In this document: positions 41,201 to 50,754 of the stretch, piece after piece
Layout of the letters: every line of letters starts with the position of its first letter
Numbering within the stretch: position 1 is the stretch's first letter
Assembly: GCA_965202585.1 (NCBI GenBank)
Contig: OZ241827.1
Coordinates: forward strand, 77,748,001 to 77,812,000
Reading direction: 5' to 3'
Origin: Thalia democratica
Taxonomy: Eukaryota
Length of the DNA: 64,000 bases
The notes under the pieces: generated by a model
Database searches by the model: none
Told to the model about the DNA's origin: nothing
What the model saw: only the letters and a program-made list of their open reading frames with translations
Made by a program: the position numbers and the translations under genes

Positions 41201-44200
41201 GAAGTTTTTATTAATATTTATTATTAAAATTTTTATCAAGATTTTGATTGTAAGTTCGTAAAAAACTTATGCTTGTTACTAAAAAGATATACTAAGTGAT
41301 AGTTTTCTGGCTTAGAGTTTTATTTTAGCTGCTTAGTCTTATTAGAACAACTTTTATTAATGCTAAAACATAACTACAAAAGATTGCGCTTAGATGTATT
41401 TAGCTTTAGTTTTCTTTACTAGTTATTTAGTTCTTTATCAGTTAGTTTTATATGTTTTTCTTTGCTAACTGTTAAAAAGCATGCAATGGATCTAAATTTA
41501 CCAATCAAGTTACGACATGTTGTTGTTAGTAAACATTTGCATGTACTATATATTGCTTTATATTAACTATAACTAATTTTGATTATTCTAAATAAATTTT
41601 TACAGGTTGGTAGTAGACAGTAAATACGAGGCTACAGGAGCATTGGGTGAGAACAAAAAAAGAAAATTGATATTTGACAAACTTACTCTCGGAGGATTAG
41701 ATAAAAATCATGATGGTATGATTGGATGCATTGAAGAAATTAAAATTAACCAAATTTTAATTCAAGATCTTCTTCATTACAATAAATTGAGAATTACTAA
41801 GAAACAAGAAGTTCTTGATAGGTTAGTTTCTGTTTCTATACTCTTTATACGTTAGAAGAATATATGGTTATGCTAAATAAAAACTATACGAAATTCCTAC
41901 TATGTTTAAAAAAAATGTATAAATCTAACTATTTTGATGCAACATAGACATTTAGTTTTAACAAGATGAATTTCATTGAAGTATCAATAAACAATATGTT
42001 AAAATCTACCTAATTTTTCAGATGTAGCATGAATATTGGGTCTTGCGTGAATCATTTTTGTTACAACGGCGGTAAATGCGGACTAGACATGTCTTTAGAG
42101 GGAAATTCCCCAATATGCAAGTGTAGTTCGGGTTATGCAGGGACTGATTGTCGCAAAAGGAAGGTTTGTGAAGACTTGCCGTGCAAAAATAAAGGAATTT
42201 GCCATTCACAAGCTGTTGAAAGTTTTAGGTTGGTGAAACTTAAAATAATTTTAGTTGTTTTAGTTATTTCCTCAAATATTCAATACTTATATTAATGAAA
42301 AAACTTAATCTTTCTTTTTGAACTTTCAAGTTAGTAACTAACTGTTTTTCATTTACATTTTACTAGTAAAGAATATGTTTAGTAATCTATGTCAAAATAA
42401 AAAGATGGTAAACATACTTTTTACAGATATGAACTTAATCTTTTTATGAACTTGTTCTTTGCTCACTTTTAGCAATTAGTAGTACTTTACTTATGGGATA
42501 TAAAAACCATTAGTTTTATCATTATCACAGATGCGAATGTAAAGAAGGTTTCGGAGGAGAATTTTGTGACGTCATATGCAAGGAGGGGTTCACCGGAGTG
42601 AATTGTGACGTCATAATAAATAAATGTTTCAGCTACGATGAAAATTTTGCATGCAACTGCTCTTTATCAAATGAAGGTAAGCTTTTTTACTATGGATATT
42701 TGCTTTGGATGTAGTAATATGTAACTACAAGCAACAAACTAATTTTGACTGCAAACATATTCTAAAATTTTTTATTGTAAAAAATTTGCTGCGAATAAAC
42801 GTAAAATTTGAAGTTTTCATGAGAAATGCTTTAAACACTTTTTTTTCATAATACGTAAAGTTTATTCAAATAAAACACTATGTTATCTTTTTAAGACGTT
42901 ATTTACTAATATTAAAAATATATGCTTTTAAAAGCTTAAGACTTTAAAATTCAACAGCAGTATTATAATCAACTACCATAGTATAATTTGTTTAATATGG
43001 ATTCTTAAAGACGACTTTATCACTTGTTTATTAAAACTAATCCTAATGTTTAAATAGGGATGTATTTTTGTCACGCAATATTTCATTTTTTTTATGTCAC
43101 GCAAAAACTTATTAAATCTACTATTTATTAAAAAGTAATAATAAGAACGTAATAAAATACTATTTATTAACTGTATGTGTAAAAAAAGTATAAAAAAGTA
43201 GGATAAAAAGTAGGTAGTTGAACTTGGAAAATTCATAGAAAAAAAAGCTTAAACAGTTGTAATTGTTTAAAATAGCTTATAAGTTCCAAGTCTAAAAATT
43301 TTAGCTGAAAATTCAAATCAACAAAATAATAATGATGCTAACAGGTTGCAAAACTATCCTAGAAAATCAGACCAACGCGAAGAAATCATCATTTCCTTAT
43401 TTAATCCTCATAATTGTTATTTTAATCGTCATAATCGTTGCCACCATAGCAACTGCAGTCGGCTGCTACGTAAGAAGGAGGCGAGGAAAAAAGATGCGAA
43501 CCGGAAGTACTATTTCCACTAAAGAAAAGTTTTATTTGACACAACTGAAACACAGAGAAGGTTTGAATGGCTTAAATTAATTAATTTTCAAGTTTAATTT
43601 TATATAAGTCTTTGAAGTTTAATTCATAAAAAGCAAAAATATTAACGATCTATAAAATGGTTTATTTCATAGATCACTCGTCAGATGGAAACCAGTCGAT
43701 TCCAAAGCCACCGATTCCTGCAAGGCCGGTTGATTATCAGAGATGTTCAAGAGAAATTATTGACAGCATGGTTGAACAAGTAAATATAAATATTGTTATA
43801 TATTCAGTTCTTAGTTTACAGTTTGCATACTTCTAATTACTACAATTTAACTATTTAATTATCTGCTTTTAAAAAATTTTCAGTTGAAAACCAAAAATGA
43901 AATCAACAATTTATCGTTAAAAAAATTAATTACATGTTTTAAAATAATTTTCCAGGAGCTAAAGAACAGGAAACAGTCAAGTGACGTATTCGACAAAAGT
44001 ATGACGTCATTCCAGGACAATGAAAAATTGACGTCATACCAGGATAATGGAAAGCTGACGTCATTGGCTTCCGATTCAACTTCGTTTCAGAAAATTCCCA
44101 TGTCTTGGACTGACTATGAGCACAATCATGTAAGTAATATAATTGTTAACACCAAAAATATTAGCTCAATTTGAAGTTGTTATTTCTGTTAATTAATTAT

Positions 44201-47179
44201 TATAGTTCACACCTGTAAACTGACACAATGGTTATTATATTATTTTAACTATAATAAAAAAAACACAATCTTTATATTTATAAGTATGATTAAATAAAAT
44301 TTTAAGTTATTGTAAGCTTTCACTGACTGTTCATTAAAACTATAATTTATTTTATTAAGTATATATGTAATTTCGTTTAAACAAAATGCTTCAACTAACT
44401 TTTAAACCATCACAGTTCAGCGGAAGTATATCTGGTTGTTCGTCTTACAGCAAAAGAACTCCGATCCCGTCTGCGAAATCACCGAAACTGTTCACCAGGA
44501 TTCCCAGATTCCAGCAGCAGTCAGTTCACAAAGTAGCAAGCAGTCCATTGCAGAACAGCGTAAGTTTTATAACAGTAGTCGAGTGGTAGTCAGGCGTAGA
44601 CTGATTCTTTATTAACTTTTTCAGTGGACTTTCTTGTTATTTTCTTTTTATATATTATTTTAATACACTTTTCTCTGTATTTTTAGCAGTGTTTTAGACT
44701 CTAATAATAATAATATGATTTTTTCGGAAAACATTTAAAAAAATCCAATAGTTTTTTTTAAAGCTTTTTTTTATTTGAAAAACATGTTAGTTCTCACTTT
44801 TTAAAATTCTTATAATGTAAAATTTTTTTTAAGACTTGATCTCTTATCATGTATAATTGTTAATAAATTGATTCAATCACAGTTCTAAAATATTAACAGT
44901 ATGTTAGCTAGACGTAGATATACACTGATTTTGTTTTAATTTTTCAGTAAACCTTTATAATTTTTAGATTTTCAAATTCTAACATTTATTTTACTTTATT
45001 GTATCTTTTGAAGAAATTTTTGATTCGTAACGTATTTTTATTACAAGATATACTTACAAGTTTAAAAATATTTAATATCTAATTTCAGTTCTAAACAAAG
45101 TTAAAAAAATATTAATTTTTGATTAGAACATCTTTAAAATGTAAATTTTGTAACTTTGTTTTTTTTTTCTCACTGTTTTCTTAACTAAAATTTGTTTAAC
45201 CACAGTTTTGTAATTCTAAACAGTTGGAAGAAAACCAAAAAAATTGAATTTAGCAGAATTCAACCGTAATACAGGTCTATAAATAAAAAGCTTGGTTATG
45301 GTGATTTTTGTACAAACTTAGCATGTACTCAAAAACGTGGTGTTAATCATTATAATAAAATAACTTCAACTGCTTTTCCTGAAATTATCTGAATTTTGAA
45401 AGTTACTTGTTTATGTTAACTTTCAAAATCTTTAACATGAAAGACTTGTTAAAATTACATAAAACATTGAAAAATAATTTTGATTTCATATAGTTAGGTA
45501 TATCCAGTTATAAGCTTTTGCTTTATGTTTCAAAATTTAAGTATAAGTATGTCAACTATTATTATCTATCCTGTTATACTTAGTGGTTTTACATCTGTTG
45601 TACTGTTGTTTGTTTTTAAGTTTTATTTTAAAACTCTCATCTAAATAAAAAATTTCTAAGTTTACCATGATTATTAAAAAAAATGTGTTAATTTATCTGA
45701 CTTCAAAAATTTTAGTTTTTATTCTAAACGTATTTTTTTAAACTCAAATGATAACACTTATTTTAACTGCCTTTCATTTTTAGCATGTAAATTATCAAGT
45801 TGTGATGAATTTTATTTTTCGTTCAAAACAAAAGTTATTAATGGTTTTATTAGGTTGTTATTTAGTAATTCGAAAAATAACTTGTTACTTTTGTATCGAA
45901 ACCCCAAAGCATGTTGATAAATCTCATAGCATGTGGTTTTTGCATGTGTATTATCATGTAACTTGCATTTATTTCAGTATGTTATATCAGGTTTTTCTAA
46001 ACATGTTTATTTTTTTTACAAGAAGTTGTTTTATTAATTGCATATTTTGAAAAGAAAATTAGTTATCTAAATAATTATTAAAAAGATTCTTAAGAACCCA
46101 TTAACTTTTTAAACTCAATGATAAAATGTTAACTTTCTATGTTTAAATTCAAAAGAAACTTAAAAAAAGTTGTAAAAGTTTCTAAAACTCAATTATAAAT
46201 TTTGACGAATCCTTTTTAATACTTAAATAATCTTATTCACCAGATTACGCATGGGACGTTTCTGATTGGATTAAAAACAACTCGTCGGCGGCCAATCACG
46301 TTCCTGAACATGTGACGTCAGTACCAGTGAGGCTGAACAACAGATCCGACGGTGTTACGTCATCAAACAATCGCGTGACGTCACATTACAATTTGGCTGG
46401 GAGAAAACCGAAAAGGAAAGGGAGAAAATGCAGCGACGCTTCCACAACAGATTCAAAACTGGTTTGTATAAATTTATAAACTTAAAAAGTTATATAAGTC
46501 TAAGTATATATATCTAGACATAAAATAGACAATTAAATTGGAAAAAAAATTAACATTTGAAGCTTTTATATTATAAGTATATAAATATTTACGTAAGTTA
46601 CAAGTCAAGATCATTAAATGACAAAGTAATTATTTATTAGTTTTGATTCGAGTGTTTATTTTTTCAAACCAGATACGTCATCCGCAAGACGACGAAAGCT
46701 CCCAGTATGACGTCAGTAGCGAGGTTACGACGGCTGCCAGGCAACCCGGGCGCTTATTACGTAGCAGCTATGACGTCACCAACCCCCGATTCGAACCTTC
46801 GAACCTCCTGCCATCCGTTTCCATGGAGCACGAGCGTTTCTCATTGGACGAAAAAATCTCTGAGACCTCGGAGGATTTCTATGACGACACGGACGAGTAC
46901 GAAATTTCCGCTCCGATGCCCACCGACATTATGACGTCACTTTTGGAGGGCGAGATGGAGGTGGACATGCCGACTCCGGCGAGGGCGCGCAAAAACAAGT
47001 TTCACCCCGACCAGTACCTGCCCGCCGTCGTCACCATGGCAACCAGTTCCTCGTCGTCGGTCGACGGTGACGTCACTGTCCAGTTGCTTGGCAACCAGCT
47101 GCAGATGTCGTCGCTTTCCGACTTGGAAGAAGATGACGTCAACAATTCGTTGATGTTACGTCATAATGACAACGCTTGA
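16657..47179 (+). CDS. FAT1-like: FAT1/2/3-type giant protocadherin, copy A; 5'-incomplete in window (EC10b-EC34, EGF, LamG, EGFs, TM, cytoplasmic tail), about 3,555 aa visible
   Basis: Hand-threaded GT-AG exons with compatible phases and no in-frame stop: 16657-16834, 17110-17240, 22116-22183, 23708-23871, 24185-24335, 24531-24756, 26022-26161, 26334-26550, 26617-26714, 26873-27107, 29377-29632, 29701-29934, 30038-30326, 30430-30855, 30966-31121, 31259-31417, 31533-31938, 32095-32306, 32608-32859, 33042-33189, 33344-33564, 33630-33816, 34158-34285, 34385-34526, 34838-35001, 35238-35301, 35529-35683, 35827-35984, 36234-36467, 36544-36724, 36797-36946, 37079-37220, 37290-37390, 37469-37601, 37771-37913, 38123-38221, 38393-38543, 38627-38796, 38978-39476, 39662-39886, 40071-41196, 41606-41821, 42022-42228, 42531-42676, 43345-43560, 43673-43779, 43956-44129, 44451-44559, 45224-45274, 46244-46461, 46673-47179 (TGA). 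Repeated LDRE/LDYE, DxD and DxNDN motifs. A single LamG and YxWDxSDW point to the FAT1/2/3 subfamily rather than FAT4, Dachsous or CELSR (family knowledge). Confidence 0.93.
22116..24756 (+). CDS. Copy A exons 3-6 (cadherin repeats)
   Basis: GQIYTAKELVP..., VNMEDKGVPSLSSQV..., IKAYGTHQ...IDENTGVIHT, VKATDKYSNEAFVQ...; phases 1-0, 0-2, 2-0, 0-1 join correctly. Confidence 0.88.
26022..27107 (+). CDS. Copy A exons 7-10 (cadherin repeats)
   Basis: DGNEDLMFFLHPNSG..., IEDKNDNQP...SANDAD, LNRERQ...VSDQGSP, LNDVNEHTP...AVDDDIGRNG. Confidence 0.9.
28980..29070. promoter_or_regulatory. Candidate intronic cis-element conserved in A, P1 and P2 (TTATGACGTA core)
   Basis: AAGTCC(C/G)ATTATGACGTA(C/T)G(A/G)CTGTT...ATTTGCTGAAAACAAA(C/T)AAAAGCACAAA retained at about 4020, 13095 and 29005 while the flanks are barely alignable. 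Confidence 0.4.
29377..33816 (+). CDS. Copy A exons 11-22 (cadherin repeats)
   Basis: Includes LDYETRRDY, VTDVNDNRP, TDRGSPPL, LDRETNSY, DVNDNAP, LDREKQDTY, QDENDNPP, IDREEVSQF, DDVNDNPP. Confidence 0.93.
34158..38796 (+). CDS. Copy A exons 23-38 (cadherin repeats)
   Basis: QDVNNNKP, ASDNDIGVNG, LDYENKNY, EDINDNPP, LDRENY, LDREEKDSY, LDVNDNWP, TDVNDNAP, VDYEVNKY, IDVNDNKP. Confidence 0.93.
38978..39886 (+). CDS. Copy A exons 39-40 (late cadherin repeats; exon 39 GC-rich)
   Basis: AFDKDQGAGGEVKYSL...LDFEARRSY...ARDNGTPSL...RDVNDCRP; ITATDSGNL. Confidence 0.93.
40071..41821 (+). CDS. Copy A exons 41-42: last cadherin repeat, Fat membrane-proximal Cys-rich region, EGF-like domain and laminin-G domain
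   Basis: ATDKDPHD...VSDGSRYS; CDLECAHEC...CVCRKGHAGVNC; LamG signature SFGGNSLIEY...SLSLRFRTRQRDAKLL...DGNWHDV...LVVD...LTLGG...GCIEEIKIN. Confidence 0.93.
42022..42676 (+). CDS. Copy A exons 43-44: EGF-like repeats
   Basis: CVNHFCYNGGKC...CKCSSGYAGTDC; CEDLPCKNKGIC...CECKEGFGGEFC. Confidence 0.92.
42538..42615 (+). repeat. 39-bp coding tandem duplication (CKEGFxGxxCDVI x2)
   Basis: TGTAAAGAAGGTTTCGGAGGAGAATTTTGTGACGTCATA / TGCAAGGAGGGGTTCACCGGAGTGAATTGTGACGTCATA. Confidence 0.85.
43345..43560 (+). CDS. Copy A exon 45: transmembrane helix and basic juxtamembrane stop-transfer segment
   Basis: YLILIIVILIVIIVATIATAVGCYV (about 43398-43472) followed by RRRRGKK. Confidence 0.92.
43673..47179 (+). 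CDS. Copy A exons 46-51: cytoplasmic domain
   Basis: PKPPIPARPVDY (43702-43737), YAWDVSDW (46246-46269), KFHPDQYLP (46997-47023), stop TGA 47177-47179. Exons 48 (44451-44559) and 49 (45224-45274) are inferred from phase logic and are the least certain. Confidence 0.82.
44001..44065 (+). repeat. 27-bp coding tandem repeat, about 2.4 copies (MTSFQDNEK / LTSYQDNGK / LTS)
   Basis: TGACGTCA recurs at 44002, 44029 and 44056, with similar CAGGA(C/T)AATG spacers in the first two units. Confidence 0.85.
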
Positions 47180-47250
47180 AAAACTTTACTTTTGAGAAAC
47201 ATTCCCTCTTTTCTCGTTTTCAGTGTCGAAGTATTTTTGCTGCTGCTTGA

Positions 47251-47260
47251 AATAAATAAA
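47251..47260 (+). terminator. Candidate polyadenylation signal(s) of copy A
   Basis: Overlapping AATAAATAAA about 70 nt after the stop; alternatives at 47525 and 47649. AATAAA is common in this AT-rich DNA, so this is weak. Confidence 0.4.
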
Positions 47261-49899
47261 AGTTTTAATGAAAGCAGCTTGACGGAAAGCCTTTTCATTT
47301 TTGCTGTGATTTGAGGCTTAATTTTTTAATTACTTTAAATATAAAGCTTACATTTTGACATACAAAAGATTTACCTTTTCTAAATAATTTTTCAGTTACC
47401 TTTTATAAATAAAATAGCGTTTTTGTTACTAAGTACTTTTTTCTGTTGTTCGGTTTTTTAAATCAGTTTTTTACAGTAAAGTTACTAAGGTACTCTCTAG
47501 TTTTTTCATCATCCTGTTAATTCAAATAAAAGTGCCTGGAAAAAAATTTCAAATATTCAAGAAGTTTGAATATGTGGGTATTTGTTAATCGAACATGAGT
47601 TTGTGTTATATGTGTATTGTGACTGTTTCAAAATTGTGATGTTAAACAAATAAACACAAATCATCTAAATAGTTTTTTATTTATACTGTAAGTCTTTTGA
47701 TTTTTTTTAGTTGTTTATATGTTTAACATTTGATAACGAATATTAAGATACCTAACTGATTTAAGCTTATAGGCGTATTTGAAAACTGCATGATTTAGTT
47801 AGAACATTATTATAACTTTATTTCAGTGTTAAATTTTTATAAAACAACTATTAAATAAATTGTTTTAATTTACTCTCAATAAATTAAGCTATTTTATACT
47901 CTTGTTTCAATTTAAATTGAAGTTTAAACCACTTTATGTTGCAAGTTTTCTTTTGAAAGTAATAACTGAACATAAACTTCTAAAATCTGTTCAAACTCAT
48001 TAATATTAAGTCGCTAGAAGACTATAATGAAAAGATGAATGACTTTTGTTTTTTTAATTTAAAGCACGTTTTGAGACTAAATAGATTTATTTTAAGTTTT
48101 CTGAACCCTTAATTCAAACACTATTGGCTAATTTTTCAATTATACTTGGTCGATTTTGAAAGAAATTTATTCTGTCAATTTATGTAGTGAGAAATAAAAC
48201 ATCGATATTCTTTTGATTTGCACTTAAACTAGTTTGACCTTTTGGTTAGTTCGTTTGTTATGCTGTAAAGTTGAACCCCTTTTGATCTTAAATAAAAACT
48301 GTCAAATTATACTTTGATTACTAAAAATAGTTTTCGAACTGCAAAATAACTTACTTGAATATTGAAACTAGTAACATCTAGTACCAAAGTGTTTAAAATC
48401 AAGATTTTAAAACAAACTAAAACTTTTATTTGGCTTTGATATACGTGTAACACAGTTATAATCGTTTTATTTCTGTAAAAAGTTCTTTATATTGATTGTC
48501 AAGAAATAAAAACCAAAATAACCTTTTTGTTACCTGAAAAAAAGAAATCTAAACACCAACTTAATCACATTAATAACTTTTAAATACGTTGATTAGAAAG
48601 TTAGGTTCCATCCGCAATTATAACGTTCTAAAGTCTTCTTGGAAGAATTTATTTATAAAAAATATCAAGGACTTTGATGGTTTATCACAAGAAACGAATA
48701 TAAACATGTATAAAGAATCGAAATGGTTAGTTTATTTTTGTTACAGTTTGAAATGTATATAGGAAAAAACTAAATAAACATTAAATTTCTACTTTTTTGT
48801 TAAGCCCAATTAATTTTTTAAATGGTTGTTAATAATAAAAATTTGTGTTTCATGATATGCTAAATATTACTTTTTTTAATTTTTAGTACTATAATTTAGT
48901 GATTAAGTTTTTTTATTGCTATTTTGTAATTAAAGTTTTTTAAACTTTTTATTCACTCTTTTTTTAAAAAGTTTACCTGAAATATTTTCGTAGTTTGAAC
49001 TTTTATTTAACTTTGCATTCAACGCTTTGATTATTATAGTTATTTTTTTCCCAGAACCAAAATTTCTGAAACTTAACTATAAACAAAATTAAATTTTACA
49101 ATCATGACGTAGAAGTTAACATGCTTAAAAACTTCTAAAGTTTGTGGTTTCATTTTTACTTAGTAAATAGACATTTGAACTTGAATAAAGTTTTGTAGGA
49201 GTGTACTTTGTACAATTATTAAATAGTTAAAAAAATGAAAATGAAATTAAGTCAACTTAGTATGTAGATAATTCTAAAAACTTTGAATTTCTAGTAAATA
49301 AGAGATAATTTGCAATTATTTAGCAAACAACTTATTTTTCGACAAGTTTAATTTTTAGTAAAATTTTAGTAAACATTTTAAACGCTAAAATTAACATTTG
49401 TTTTTTTTTTTTGATACTACGCTTAAAATGTAAACTTTCAAAACAGAATGAAATTCTACTCATTCAATTGAAAGCTTATGAAAAATGCGAGAGAATTTAT
49501 TTGAGAGAAATAAAAAAAAGATAAACGAAATGAAGCATATCATAGTTTGCCGGCAGTTTTATGATTGTAAACTACAAAGAACAAAATATGTTTCAGTATT
49601 CACGATGTCTTAAATTAAACATTAATCATTACAAAGTAAACGTTCGAAGTTTGGTTTAATCGACTTAAATATAAAACGTGTCGTTCTTTATAAAAAAATA
49701 TGTTTCTACTTTACAAACTAAAATAATTTTTTTCTCTCAACATTATAAATTAACAAAACATTGTTTTATAAATAAACATTTTAGACTTTCTCAAAATAAG
49801 CATGTTACGCCATAAGGCTTAAAACTTCCAACAATCTCTTAAACCTTTTACTAGCACTTTAATATAGTTTTTTAAACAAATGCATTTTTCATCAATGAT

Positions 49900-50754
49900 C
49901 TAAACAAAGCAGACAACGTTCTGCATGAGTGAGTGGAGTCGAACCGGTGCAATAATCAGTAAATTAACGGGAGAAAATCCGCAGACATCCAACGTTACTT
50001 GCCAGATCGTGGATTGTAAATCTAAAAGCTGACTAACTTATTAAACTGTGGGTGGCGTGATCGCTTTAATTTTATTAAATTTGCGCACGAAACAAATTTA
50101 CTTCGTTTTTTAGGATCAGCAGAACATAAAAAGTGCGTAGGTCAAATATGATATTTTAGATGATAGAGACCTGAAATTTTGAAATTGCTTACAAAAGTTT
50201 GTTTAAATACCGAAATAAAATTAACGGTCCTGGAAAGAAAATTTTCACTTATTCTAGTAACTACAACTGTCAAGGATTATAAAGACAACTAGCTAAAATT
50301 TCATTCAGAAAAGTTTAGTGCTGACGTACTTTAAAATTATTTCCATCGTTTATTGGTTGCATGCAAGCGATCAGACTCTAAATTGACCAATGGGGGTATT
50401 TCTTACAGCGCAGTATCAAAAGGAAGCTTAGATGAAGACACTCTGTTTGTGGTGGACAAAATTAGTGGGTCAATTAGATTAATGGGTCGTTTAGAGGCAA
50501 GAGTTACAGGCTAAGGATAAGAGCAAGAGATTTTACAGGGAAGAGCACTCAAGCCAGACTGGTTGTCAATGTGTTGCCTAGTAACCTTTGTTCGCGTAAT
50601 GGCAATATGAAAAATAAACTGACCATGACAAATGTAATTGAAATAACTTCCCCTGGACAAGAGGTTGGTACCATAAACACTACTAGATCTGATGTTGTTT
50701 ATGACATCATAGATGGTTCGGGAAAGGGAGTTTTTAGAGTTGATCGATATACAG
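49900..50754 (+). pseudogene. Decayed upstream exon(s) of copy B (about EC8-EC10a of Fat)
   Basis: Cadherin text across shifting frames: MSEWSRTGAIISKLTGENPQTSNVTCQIVD; TVKDYKDN*LKFHSEKFSADVL* (stops 50290, 50332); IVYWLHASD; FVVDKISGSIRLMGRL; KSYRLRIRARDFTGKSTQARLVVNV; YDIIDGSGKGVFRVDRYTG followed by a GT donor at 50755 in phase 1, matching the phase of the exon at 54771. Confidence 0.85.

Noticed and set aside
38974-41239. Several long minus-strand and off-frame ORFs (up to 187 aa)
   Set aside because: They are shadows of GC-rich cadherin exons, which have few stop codons in other frames; no recognisable domains.
41377-41392. Short intronic echo of the end of exon 41 (AAAGATTGCGCTTA)
   Set aside because: Only about 15 bp, with no usable splice context.
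43305-43344. Upstream AG as acceptor of the TM exon
   Set aside because: The 43345 acceptor gives the phase-compatible continuation NEG-CKTIL; a start at 43305 adds 40 nt, shifts the frame and would lose the TM helix.
46707-46934. Alternative-frame 75-aa ORF in the last exon
   Set aside because: It starts at the ATG inside ATGACGTCA and stays open because of high GC; no independent support.
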